Origin: Burkholderiales bacterium
GTDB taxonomy: Bacteria > Pseudomonadota > Gammaproteobacteria > Burkholderiales > SG8-39
Reading direction: 5' to 3'
Length of the DNA: 39,263 bases
NCBI GenBank assembly: GCA_036524215.1
Contig: DATDCR010000241.1
Location: 1-39,263 of the forward strand
Every line of letters starts with the position of its first letter. Position 1 is the stretch's first letter. This document shows, piece by piece, positions 1-10,344 of this stretch. The translations under genes and the position numbers were made by a program. The notes beneath the pieces are model-generated. The model was not told the origin of the DNA and searched no databases. It saw only the letters and a program-made list of their open reading frames with translations.

Positions 1-1
1 G

Positions 2-964
2 CTCCTCGCGCGCGCGCGGCCGCTGCAGACCTTCGGCAACGTCGTTAAGACGGTGCCGCAGGAACGCGTCGACGACCTGCGCGAGGAAGCGCTCGCGCGC
101 CTGCGCGGCCTGCGCCAGCGGCCCGCCGAGGACCTCCTGCCGCGCTACGTGCTGCAGCTTCATCCGGGGCAGAAGCACGCCATCGTGGTCGACTCGCGCC
201 GCTCGCGCCTCTACGTGTATGCGAACGACGACGGCAGCCCGCATCTCATCGCCGACTACTACGTGACGCTCGGCAAGAACGGCATCGACAAGACGCGCGA
301 AGGCGACCAGAGGACGCCGGTCGGCGTCTATTACGTCACCGGCAACCTGCCGCGCAAGAAGCTCACCGACTTCTATGGCGCCGGCGCTTTCCCGATCAGC
401 TACCCCAACGAGTGGGACCGCCGCCTCGGGCGCAACGGCCATGGCATCTGGCTGCACGGCGTGCCCTCCAACGTCTACAGCCGCCCGCCGCGCGCGAGCG
501 ACGGCTGCATCGTCCTCGCCAACCCGGACCTCGAGTCGCTCAGCCGGCACGTGCAGGTCGGCCTGACGCCGGTGATCATCGCCGACGAGATCGAGTGGAG
601 CGACGCCGCCGCGCTGCAGGCCGAGCGCAGCACGCTCGGCGCCGCGCTCGAGCAGTGGCGCAACGACTGGCAGAGCCGCGACACCGACCGCTATCTCTCG
701 CACTACTCCAGGCGCTTCGCCGCCGGCCGGCAGGACCTCGCGGCATGGGGCGCGCACAAGCGCAAGGTCAACGGGGGCAAGAGCTGGATCAAGGTCGACC
801 TGAAGCAGGTCGCCATGCTGCGCTACCCGCACGAGCGCGACGTGGTCGTCGTCACCTTCGAGCAGGACTACCGCTCGAACGGCCTGTCGAACGTGATGAA
901 GAAGCGCCAGTACTGGGTCAAAGAAGAAAGCCGCTGGAAAATACTCTACGAGGGACCTGCATGA
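2..964 (+). CDS. L,D-transpeptidase (YkuD-type catalytic domain) with C-terminal NTF2/SnoaL-like domain; 5' end cut by the window edge
   Basis: The reading frame is open from nt 2, so the M at 53 is probably internal. The translation has the YkuD signature HGIWLHGVP...RASDGCIVL (catalytic His/Cys). The C-terminal ~110 aa (LEQWRNDWQSRD...RYLSHYS...WKILYEG) looks NTF2-like. The stop overlaps the ppiA start (ATGA). Confidence 0.8.
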   Translation, partial: LLARARPLQTFGNVVKTVPQERVDDLREEALARLRGLRQRPAEDLLPRYVLQLHPGQKHAIVVDSRRSRLYVYANDDGSPHLIADYYVTLGKNGIDKTREGDQRTPVGVYYVTGNLPRKKLTDFYGAGAFPISYPNEWDRRLGRNGHGIWLHGVPSNVYSRPPRASDGCIVLANPDLESLSRHVQVGLTPVIIADEIEWSDAAALQAERSTLGAALEQWRNDWQSRDTDRYLSHYSRRFAAGRQDLAAWGAHKRKVNGGKSWIKVDLKQVAMLRYPHERDVVVVTFEQDYRSNGLSNVMKKRQYWVKEESRWKILYEGPA

Positions 965-1548
965 AACTGCACCATCTTTTCGTTCTCACCACTGCCGCGG
1001 TCGTGCCGGCCGGCGCGCTCGCCGCCGATCCGCAGATCGACGTGCGCACGAGCGCCGGCACGATTCGCCTCGAGCTCTACCCCGCCAAGGCGCCGAAGAC
1101 GGTCGAGAACTTCCTGCAGTACGTGAAGGACGGCCACTACAACGGCACGGTGTTCCACCGCGTGATCGACGGCTTCATGATCCAGGGCGGCGGCTTCGAC
1201 AACGCCTTCAAGCAGAAGGCCACGCGCGGCGCCATCCAGAACGAAGCCCAGGGCGCCGTGAAGGCCGGCCTGAAGAACGATGTCGGCACCATCGCCATGG
1301 CGCGCACCGCGGATCCGAACTCGGCCACCGCGCAGTTCTTCATCAACGTGAACGACAACAGCTTCCTCAACTGGGGCGACCCGCGCAGCGACGGCAACGG
1401 CTACGCGGTCTTCGGCAAGGTCGTCTCGGGCATGGACGTGGTCAACAAGATCGCCAAGACGCCGACCGGCTCGGGCGGGCCATTCCCGCGCGACGTGCCG
1501 AAGCAGCCGGTGGTCATCGAATCGATGACGGTGGTCGGCACGAAGTAG
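961..1548 (+). CDS. ppiA: Periplasmic peptidyl-prolyl cis-trans isomerase, cyclophilin type
   Basis: Internal ATG at 961 of the 412..1548 ORF. A signal peptide (MKLHHLFVLTTAAVVPAGALA) is followed by cyclophilin motifs FHRVIDGFMIQGGGF, GTIAMART and SATAQFFIN. The part of the track ORF upstream of 961 is an Arg/Pro-rich artefact. Confidence 0.9.
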   Translation: MKLHHLFVLTTAAVVPAGALAADPQIDVRTSAGTIRLELYPAKAPKTVENFLQYVKDGHYNGTVFHRVIDGFMIQGGGFDNAFKQKATRGAIQNEAQGAVKAGLKNDVGTIAMARTADPNSATAQFFINVNDNSFLNWGDPRSDGNGYAVFGKVVSGMDVVNKIAKTPTGSGGPFPRDVPKQPVVIESMTVVGTK

Positions 1549-1552
1549 GTCG

Positions 1553-2260
1553 TTGCGCGCGCTCTTCATTTCCGATCTTCACCTGAGCGAAGATCGGCCC
1601 GCGGCGAACGAGCGCTTCATCGAATTCCTGGAGCGCGACGCCGAGGGCGCCCATGCGCTCTACGTGCTCGGCGATCTGTTCGAGTACTGGCTCGGCGACG
1701 AGGACCTCCAGACGCCGTTCAACGGCGTCATGGCCGGCTTCTTCCGCCGGCTGACGGCGCAGGGCACGAAGCTCTTCGTCATGCACGGCAACCGGGATTT
1801 CCTCCTCGGCGAGCGCTTCTGCGCAGCGACCGGTGCCACCCTGCTTGACGATCCTTCAATAAAGGAAGGGGCCCTGCTCATGCACGGCGACACGCTGTGC
1901 ACGGACGACCTCGACTACCAGAACTGGCGCAAGACCGCGCGTTCCGCGGCGTGGCAGCGGGACTTCCTCGCCAAGCCGCTCGCCGAGCGGCGATCTGCGG
2001 TGCAGGGATTGCGCGAGAAGAGCAAGGAAGTCATCCAGGCCAAGCCCGCCGAGATCATGGACGTCAACGAAAATGCGGTGCGCGACGCATTCCGGCGACA
2101 CGGCGTTTCGCGTCTCATTCATGGCCATACCCACCGGGCCGGCGTGCATCGCCTTGAAATAGACGGCCGCAGCTGCGAGCGCTGGGTGCTGCCGGACTGG
2201 TACGGACGCGGCGGCTACCTCGAGCTGCGCAACGGGGAATCGCGACTCGTACGCTGGTAG
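1553..2260 (+). CDS. lpxH: UDP-2,3-diacylglucosamine diphosphatase
   Basis: TTG start. N-terminal metallophosphoesterase motifs FISDLHL, GDLFEYWLGDE and GNRD, plus C-terminal HGHTH. The ppi-lpxH adjacency is conserved in proteobacteria. Confidence 0.9.
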   Translation: MRALFISDLHLSEDRPAANERFIEFLERDAEGAHALYVLGDLFEYWLGDEDLQTPFNGVMAGFFRRLTAQGTKLFVMHGNRDFLLGERFCAATGATLLDDPSIKEGALLMHGDTLCTDDLDYQNWRKTARSAAWQRDFLAKPLAERRSAVQGLREKSKEVIQAKPAEIMDVNENAVRDAFRRHGVSRLIHGHTHRAGVHRLEIDGRSCERWVLPDWYGRGGYLELRNGESRLVRW

Positions 2261-2339
2261 GTCCCGCTTTCGGCGACTTGGGTACGGCGGTTGCTGCCCC
2301 AGCCTGAACCCCCCGCAAAGCCCCCGCAAAGGAACCGCC

Positions 2340-2816
2340 ATGGCGAAGACCCGCAGCAAGAATGCCGACGCCGTCGACATGCTCAAGCAAGACCACGACA
2401 AGGTGAAGAAGGCCTTCAAGGAATTCGAGAAGATGGACCGTGCCGACCCCGAGACCTGCCGGCAGCTGATCGAAACCGTCTGCGAGGATCTCAAGGTGCA
2501 TACGACGCTGGAGGAGGAGATCTTCTATCCGGCCGCGCGCGCCGCGATCGACGACGAGGACATCTTCAGCGAAGCCGCCGTCGAGCATGAGACAGCGAAG
2601 ACGCTGATCGAGCAGCTGGAAAACATGCTGCCGGACGATCCGAACTACTTCGCCACGTTCACCGTGCTCGGCGAGTACGTCATGCACCATGTAAAGGAAG
2701 AGGAAGGCGAGATGTTCCCGCAGGCGCGCAAGGCGAAGGATCTCGACCTCGAGGCGCTCGCAGAGCAGATGAAGAGCCGCAAGGAAGAGTTGACGGCGGA
2801 AATGGAGCGGGCCTGA
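2340..2816 (+). CDS. Hemerythrin (HHE cation-binding) domain protein
   Basis: 158 aa with the pattern MLKQDHDKVKKAFKEFE...HTTLEEEIFYP...EHETAKTLIEQLE...HHVKEEEGEMFP, i.e. His/Glu ligand spacing typical of stand-alone hemerythrin-like proteins. AGGA Shine-Dalgarno 7 nt upstream. Confidence 0.75.
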   Translation: MAKTRSKNADAVDMLKQDHDKVKKAFKEFEKMDRADPETCRQLIETVCEDLKVHTTLEEEIFYPAARAAIDDEDIFSEAAVEHETAKTLIEQLENMLPDDPNYFATFTVLGEYVMHHVKEEEGEMFPQARKAKDLDLEALAEQMKSRKEELTAEMERA

Positions 2817-3223
2817 GGGCCGGCCCGGCCGGCGGCGTCCTCGCCGCGGGCGTCGGGGCGTCCGTCGCCTCGGCCCTGACCGCGCTCGCCTGCAGCCACC
2901 TCGAGAACGGCCACGCCGCTCGGCCGATGAATGCCGTCACGCATATCGTCGACGGCGGCGAGCCGCCCTCGCACGACGGACGGCACCGGCGCAACACCCT
3001 TCTCGGCTTCGCCATCCATACCGCGGCGTCGATCTGGTGGGCGGTGTTCTACGAAGCGCTGTTCGGTGCGCAAGCGCGCCGCAGCCTGCCGCGCGCCCTG
3101 GCGGCGGGTGCCGCCGTTTCGGCCGTCGCCTACGTGGTCGACTACCGCGTTGTGGGACCGCGCCTGCGGCCCGGCTTCGAAGCCTACCTCTCCGGCCGCT
3201 CGCTCTTCGCGATGTACGCCGCG

Positions 3224-5272
<2,049 letters not shown>

Positions 5273-5275
5273 ACC

Positions 5276-6451
5276 CTAGCTTAACCCGCGCTCCAGATCG
5301 GCCTTTAGGTCGTCGAGGGCTTCCAGCCCGACCGCGATCCGGAGCAGGCCGTCCGTAATGCCCGCCGCCGCGCGCGCCTCGGCGGAGATGCGGCCGTGGG
5401 TGGTCGTGGCCGGATGGGTAATCGTTGTCTTCACATCGCCGAGATTGGCGGTGATCGAGATGAGCCGCGTGCCGTTCACCACGCGCCAGGCCGCTGCCTT
5501 TGCCCCGTCGGGGCCGCCCTTCAGCTCGAACGAAAGCACGGCGCCGCCGGCGCTCTGCTGGCGCTTGGCGAGGGCGTGCTGCGGGTGCGATTCCAGCCCG
5601 GGATAGTGCACGCGGGCCACGGCGGGATGCCTCTCCAGCCATTGCGCCAGCGCCAGCGCCGCTGCCGATTGCGCGCGCACGCGCAGGTCCAGAGTCTCCA
5701 GGCCCTTCAGGATCACCCAGGCATTGAACGGCGAGAGCGAAGGCCCGGCCGTGCGCAGGAACGGAAACACCTGCTCCATGACGAGCTTGCGCGAGCCGAG
5801 GATGGCGCCGCCGAGGACGCGTCCCTGCCCGTCCAGATACTTGGTCGCCGAGTGGATCACCAGGTCGGCGCCGAGCTCGAGCGGCCGCTGCAGGATCGGC
5901 GTGCAGAAGACGTTGTCCACCGCGAGCAGCGCACCCGCCTTCTTCGCCACTTCGGCGATCGCCGGGATGTCGGAGACCTCGGTCATCGGATTGGACGGCG
6001 TCTCGAGGAAAAGCAGCCTGGTCGTGGGCCGTACGGCGTCGCGCCACTCCGCGACCTTCGTCGGCGAGACGAAGGTGGTGGCGATGCCGAGCCGGCCGAA
6101 ATAATTGCCGAGCAGCTGCACCGTCGCGCCGAATACCGCGCTCGAGCAGACGATGTGGTCGCCCGCCTTGAGCAGGCTCATCACCGTGGCGAGGATGGCG
6201 GCCATGCCGGAGGCGGTCGCCATGCAGGCCTCCGCGCCCTCGAGCGCGGCGAGGCGGTCCTGCATCATCGCCACGGTCGGATTGGTGAAGCGCGAGTAGA
6301 CATAGCCGTCCTCCGCGTTGCTGAAGCGGGCGGCGGCCTGCTCGGCGCTGTCGAAGACGAAGCTCGAGGTGAGGAAGAGCGCCTCGGAATGCTCGTGGAA
6401 CTCGGTGCGCCGCTGGCCGGCGCGTACGCCCAGTGTGGCTTTTTCAGTCAT
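5276..6451 (-). CDS. metZ: O-succinylhomoserine sulfhydrylase (Cys/Met-metabolism PLP enzyme)
   Basis: 391 aa. N-terminus TLGVRAGQRRTEFHEHSEALFLTSSFVF and the PLP-lysine region HSATKYLDGQG are typical of MetZ/MetB-family enzymes. purF-metZ adjacency is common in betaproteobacteria. Confidence 0.85.
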   Translation of the reverse strand: MTEKATLGVRAGQRRTEFHEHSEALFLTSSFVFDSAEQAAARFSNAEDGYVYSRFTNPTVAMMQDRLAALEGAEACMATASGMAAILATVMSLLKAGDHIVCSSAVFGATVQLLGNYFGRLGIATTFVSPTKVAEWRDAVRPTTRLLFLETPSNPMTEVSDIPAIAEVAKKAGALLAVDNVFCTPILQRPLELGADLVIHSATKYLDGQGRVLGGAILGSRKLVMEQVFPFLRTAGPSLSPFNAWVILKGLETLDLRVRAQSAAALALAQWLERHPAVARVHYPGLESHPQHALAKRQQSAGGAVLSFELKGGPDGAKAAAWRVVNGTRLISITANLGDVKTTITHPATTTHGRISAEARAAAGITDGLLRIAVGLEALDDLKADLERGLS

Positions 6452-6486
6452 AAAAAAACCCGATCTAGCGCTTGGCGGACCGGGTT
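6452..6486 (-). terminator. Hairpin plus U-tract (intrinsic terminator / attenuator) ending exactly at the metZ AUG
   Basis: Minus-strand RNA AACCCGGUC-CGCCAAGCGCUA-GAUCGGGUU-UUUUU-AUG forms a 9-bp stem. One pair is G.U on the minus transcript but an A.C mismatch on the plus strand, which favours minus-strand function. The stem is followed by a run of 7 U. Confidence 0.45.
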
Positions 6487-6504
6487 CTTGGGAGAACTGC
6501 GCGG

Positions 6505-6560
6505 CACGCTTTAGCGGTATTTGTTACGCGCCCGCAAGCTGTGGCTCAAATCGGCGCGAA
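6505..6560 (-). ncRNA. Candidate SAM-II-like (metA-element type) riboswitch aptamer in the metZ leader
   Basis: Minus-strand RNA CGCGCC-GAUUUGAGCCACAGCUUGCG-GGCGCG-UAACAAAUACCGCUA-AAGCGUG. It has a perfect 6-bp P1 and a loop segment CAC(A)GCUU complementary to the 3' tail AAGCGUG, giving an H-type pseudoknot. A U-rich GAUUU lies in loop 1 and AAAGC at the 3' end. Location upstream of a methionine-biosynthesis gene fits. Assigned from memory of the family consensus, not from a covariance-model search. Confidence 0.35.
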
Positions 6561-6574
6561 AGGAAGATTATAGC

Positions 6575-8086
6575 TTATGCGGCCAAATTCAGGTCCAGCT
6601 GCGCGGTTTCGTCCTCTCCGGAATCGCGCGCCGCGTCGCGCTGCGTCTCGATGGCGCGCAGGTAATCGGTCGTCACGTCGCCGGTGACGTAGATGCCGTC
6701 GAAGCAGGAGGTCTCGAAGCTCGTCAGCTTCGGGTTCGCGCGCCGCACCGCGTCTTTCAGCGCCTCGAGGTCCTGGTAGATCAGCGCATCGGCGCCAATC
6801 TCGCGCGCCACTTCCTCTTCGGTCCGATACGCGGCGATCAGCTCCGCGCGCGTCGGCATGTCGATGCCATAGACGTTCGGGAAGCGCACCGGCGGCGCGG
6901 CCGAAGCGAAGAACACCTTGCGCGCACCGGATTCGCGGGCCATCTGCACGATCTCGTGGCTGGTGGTGCCGCGCACGATCGAGTCGTCCACCAGCAGCAC
7001 GTTCTTGCCGGCGAATTCCATCGCCATCGGATTGAGCTTCTGGCGCACCGAGCGGCGCCGCACGGCCTGGCCCGGCATGATGAACGTGCGGCCGATGTAG
7101 CGGTTCTTGACGAAGCCTTCGCGGTAAGGCACGCCGAGCGCGCTCGCCAGCTGCAGCCCCGACGGGCGGCTCGAGTCCGGGATCGGAATGACGACATCGA
7201 TCTCGAGATGGCGGTATTGCCGGCGGATCTTGTCCGCCAGCTTCTCGCCCATGTTGAGCCGCGCCTCGTACACCGAGGCGCCGTCGATGAGCGAGTCGGG
7301 CCGCGCGAGGTAGACGTATTCGAAGATGCAGGGGTTCAGGCTCGCGCTCGGCGCGCACTGCTGGCTGTGGAAGCTGCCTTCCTCGTCGATGAAGACCGCC
7401 TCGCCGGGCGCGATATCGCGCAGCAGGCGAAAGCCGAGCGCGTCGATCGCCACGGATTCCGAGGCCACCATGTATTCGGTGCCGGCGTCGGTCTCGTTGT
7501 AGCCGATCACCGCCGGGCGGATGCCGTACGGGTCGCGGAAGGCGAGCACGCCATAGCCGGCGATCATCGCCACCACGGCGTAGGCGCCCTTCAGCCGCCG
7601 GTGCACGTTCGCCACCGCGGTGAAGATGGTCTGCGGCTCGAGGCGCAGCTTGACCGACGCGCGCTCGAGCTCGTGCGCGAGCACGTTGACCAGCACCTCG
7701 GAGTCGGAGCCGGTGTTGATGTGCCGCAGATCGGTGCGGAACATCTCGTCCTTCAGCTGCTCCGAGTTCGTCAGGTTGCCGTTGTGGCCGAGGACGATGC
7801 CGAAAGGCGAGTTGACGTAGAAGGGCTGCGCCTCGGCCGCCTTGAAGGCGGAGCCGGCGGTGGGATAGCGGCAATGCGCGATGCCCATGTTGCCGCCGAG
7901 ATCGCGCATGTTCCGCGTGCGAAACACGTCGCGCACCATGCCGGGCGCCTTGTGCATGTGGAACATGTTGTGCTCGGCGGTGACGATGCCCGCCGCGTCC
8001 TGGCCGCGGTGCTGCAGGAGGAGCAGCCCGTCGTAGAGCAGCTGATTAACGGGCGACCGAGCGACGATGCCGAGGATGCCGCACAT
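6575..8086 (-). CDS. purF: Amidophosphoribosyltransferase
   Basis: Starts MCGILGIV (N-terminal nucleophile Cys). Class-II glutamine amidotransferase plus PRTase domain (VLLVDDSIVRGTT). Confidence 0.95.
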   Translation of the reverse strand: MCGILGIVARSPVNQLLYDGLLLLQHRGQDAAGIVTAEHNMFHMHKAPGMVRDVFRTRNMRDLGGNMGIAHCRYPTAGSAFKAAEAQPFYVNSPFGIVLGHNGNLTNSEQLKDEMFRTDLRHINTGSDSEVLVNVLAHELERASVKLRLEPQTIFTAVANVHRRLKGAYAVVAMIAGYGVLAFRDPYGIRPAVIGYNETDAGTEYMVASESVAIDALGFRLLRDIAPGEAVFIDEEGSFHSQQCAPSASLNPCIFEYVYLARPDSLIDGASVYEARLNMGEKLADKIRRQYRHLEIDVVIPIPDSSRPSGLQLASALGVPYREGFVKNRYIGRTFIMPGQAVRRRSVRQKLNPMAMEFAGKNVLLVDDSIVRGTTSHEIVQMARESGARKVFFASAAPPVRFPNVYGIDMPTRAELIAAYRTEEEVAREIGADALIYQDLEALKDAVRRANPKLTSFETSCFDGIYVTGDVTTDYLRAIETQRDAARDSGEDETAQLDLNLAA

Positions 8087-8093
8087 GAAGCGG

Positions 8094-8585
8094 TCAATTA
8101 TATTTCATGCGCTCGCCCAGAGCCGGCGGCAGCCATGGCTTGAGCGCGTTCGCCGCCGCGGCGAGCTGCGCGGCGCAGAGCGACTCCTTCCATACGGGCC
8201 GCTGCGGAAAGCCGGTCAGTCCCGCGGCGAGGGCGAAGGCGAGCACGACCAGCAGGCCGCGCAGCATGCCGAACAGCGCGCCCAACACGCGGTCGAGGCT
8301 GCCCAGCCCGACCGAATGCACCAGCTTCGACAGCCATACCGCGCCGAGCGTCGCGATGACGAGCACGACGAGAAAGATCAGGATGAAGGCGACGAAGGTG
8401 CGCCACTCGGGCCGCGAGATCGCGCGCGGCAGCGCCTCGGCGAGCGGCGCGGCGAAAAGATTCGCGGCGAGAAAGGCGATCACCCAGCCGGCGAGCGACA
8501 TCACTTCGCGCACCAGGCCGCGCCAGATCCCCCACCCCACCGAGACGACGATTACGCCGATCACGGCGTAGTCGAGCCAGGTCAT
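8094..8585 (-). CDS. cvpA: Colicin V production protein CvpA (membrane protein)
   Basis: 163 aa with four hydrophobic helices. N-terminus MTWLDYAVIGVIVVSVGWGIWRGLVREV is typical of CvpA. Conserved position upstream of purF. Confidence 0.85.
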   Translation of the reverse strand: MTWLDYAVIGVIVVSVGWGIWRGLVREVMSLAGWVIAFLAANLFAAPLAEALPRAISRPEWRTFVAFILIFLVVLVIATLGAVWLSKLVHSVGLGSLDRVLGALFGMLRGLLVVLAFALAAGLTGFPQRPVWKESLCAAQLAAAANALKPWLPPALGERMKYN

Positions 8586-9121
8586 CCGGACTTGGAGCTG
8601 ACCGCGCCGGGCTTGAAGCCGAGCTGCTTCAGCTTCGCGACCGCCTTGTCGGCGGCTTCACGGCTGGCAAACGGGCCGGCGCGCACGCGCACCAGATTGC
8701 CGGAAGCGGGCTCGGTGTAATAAGGCAGCTTCGCGGCGGCGAGCTTGGCGAGCACCGTGTCGGGCTTCGCGAAGGCACCGACCTGGATCACGTAGCCGGC
8801 GTTGACGGGCTCCTTCTTCGCTTGCTCTTTCTTCGCTTGCTCCTTCTCCGCCGGCGGAGGAGCTGCAGGCGCTGCGGGCTGCGTTGCAGCCGGCTCGGGC
8901 TGGGGTGCCGCCGGCTTGACCGGCGGAGGCTTCGGCGCAAACGCGGGCGCCTCGTTCTCGCCCGGAATCTTCACGCTCACCGGCGGAAGCGTGCTCTTCG
9001 GCTCGGGGTCGAACACCATCGGCAGCACGATGACGGCGGCGAGCACCAGCGCGACCGCGCCCACCAGTCTTCTCCGTCCCCTGCGTTTCAGCGTTTCGAC
9101 GTCTTGTTGTTCTTCAGCCAT
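8582..9121 (-). CDS. SPOR domain-containing cell-division protein (DedD-like)
   Basis: N-terminal TM anchor, a Pro/Ala/Lys-rich linker (including a KEQAKKEQAKKE duplication), and a C-terminal SPOR domain (GYVIQVGAFAKPDTVLAKLAAAKLPYYTE...VRAGPFASREAADKAVAKLKQLG). Lies between folC and cvpA, as dedD does in E. coli. Confidence 0.8.
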   Translation of the reverse strand: MAEEQQDVETLKRRGRRRLVGAVALVLAAVIVLPMVFDPEPKSTLPPVSVKIPGENEAPAFAPKPPPVKPAAPQPEPAATQPAAPAAPPPAEKEQAKKEQAKKEPVNAGYVIQVGAFAKPDTVLAKLAAAKLPYYTEPASGNLVRVRAGPFASREAADKAVAKLKQLGFKPGAVSSKSG

Positions 9122-10344
9122 TGCATCACTTCGGCGACGGTCAGAAACGACCCGAACACGACGATCTTATCATTCTCGCCTGCCCGGCTAAGCGCGGCCT
9201 CGAATGCGGCGCCAGGCGAAGCAAAGCATTCCGCGCCCTCGACATGCTTCGCAAGCTCCGCGGCGCTCGCGCCGCGCGGCCCGCCGAGCGAGGCGAGATG
9301 CCAGCGTGTGATGCGCGGCTTCATTTCTTCGAGCACGCCCGCAATGTCCTTGTCGCGCAGCATGCCGCAGACGGCGATCGTCTCGGGCGCGAAACCCGAC
9401 GCGCCGAGATTGTCGGCGAGCACCTGCGCCGCCTGCGGGTTGTGCGCGACATCGAGCACGATCTGCGGCCGGCCGGGCAGGATCTGGAAGCGCGCCGGCA
9501 GCGTCACCTCGGCAAGGCCGCGGCGCATGTCCTGCATGCTCATCGGCAGGCGATCGCGTAACGCATCGAGCGCGCACAGCGCGGCCGAGGCATTGCGCAG
9601 CTGCATGCGACCGCGCAACGCCGGGTGCGCGAGCCCGCCGCGCTTGCCGGCCGGCCCCCAGTAGCTCCATTGCGTCTGCTGGTCCTGGTAGCCGAAGTCG
9701 CGGCCCAGCAGCAGCTTTTCTCCTGCGGCGCTCAAGACGCTGGCAGGAGGATCCGCCTCCGCGATCACGGCCGGCCGAGCGGCGCGGAAGATGCCGGCTT
9801 TCTCGCGCCCGATCGATTCGCGATCCGGCCCGAGGTAATCGACATGGTCGATGCCGACGCTCGTCAGCACGGCGCAGTCGGCGTCGATGATGTTCACCGC
9901 GTCGAGGCGGCCGCCGAGGCCGACCTCGAGCACCGCGGCCTCGATGCGCTCGCGCGCGAAAAGCCATAACGCGCCGAGCGTGCCGTACTCGAAATAAGTG
10001 AGCGGCGGATTCGGCGTGACGCGGCCCCGCGCCGCTTCGACCGCTTCGAATGCGGCGCAAAGCGCGGCCTCGGTGGCTTCCTCGCCCGCAATGCGCACGC
10101 GCTCGTTGTAGCGCAGCAGATGCGGCGACGTATAGAGCCCGACGCGATAGCCGCCGGCGCGCAGCATCGATTCCAGCAGCGCGCAGCAAGAGCCCTTGCC
10201 GTTCGTGCCGCCGACGGTGATCACCGGACACGCGATGGCGCTGCCCATTTCCTTCCACACCGAGGAAACGCGCTCGAGGCCGAGCGCGATGGCGTTCGGA
10301 TGCTGCCGCTCGATGAACGCCAGCCACTCGGCGAGCGTCTTCAT
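9088..10344 (-). CDS. folC: Bifunctional folylpolyglutamate synthase / dihydrofolate synthase
   Basis: Internal ATG at 10344 of the 628-aa track ORF. MKTLAEWLAFIE...VITVGGTNGKGSCCALLESML (Mur-ligase P-loop), then SPHLLRYNERVRI. The ATG overlaps the ligase stop (ATGA). The upstream part of the track ORF is out-of-frame overlap with the ligase gene. Confidence 0.9.
   Translation of the reverse strand: MKTLAEWLAFIERQHPNAIALGLERVSSVWKEMGSAIACPVITVGGTNGKGSCCALLESMLRAGGYRVGLYTSPHLLRYNERVRIAGEEATEAALCAAFEAVEAARGRVTPNPPLTYFEYGTLGALWLFARERIEAAVLEVGLGGRLDAVNIIDADCAVLTSVGIDHVDYLGPDRESIGREKAGIFRAARPAVIAEADPPASVLSAAGEKLLLGRDFGYQDQQTQWSYWGPAGKRGGLAHPALRGRMQLRNASAALCALDALRDRLPMSMQDMRRGLAEVTLPARFQILPGRPQIVLDVAHNPQAAQVLADNLGASGFAPETIAVCGMLRDKDIAGVLEEMKPRITRWHLASLGGPRGASAAELAKHVEGAECFASPGAAFEAALSRAGENDKIVVFGSFLTVAEVMQWLKNNKTSKR

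Noticed and set aside
6452-6486. Simple purF transcription terminator
   Set aside because: This is not fully excluded. However, the hairpin lies 89 nt after the purF stop, directly against the metZ AUG, and is preceded by a TATAAT and a pseudoknot-capable element. It is therefore reported as a metZ leader attenuator, and its confidence is kept moderate.
6521-8143. 540-aa plus-strand ORF opposite purF; similar long antisense ORFs at 13279..14796 (opposite trpB), 15836..17521 (opposite fimV/truA), 21749..23440 (opposite leuC) and 36646..38250 (opposite tilS/ndk)
   Set aside because: Each lies opposite a gene with an unmistakable conserved protein translation. The antisense translations are Arg/His/Asp/Ala/Gly-rich with no motifs. 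These are GC3-driven open frames, not genes.
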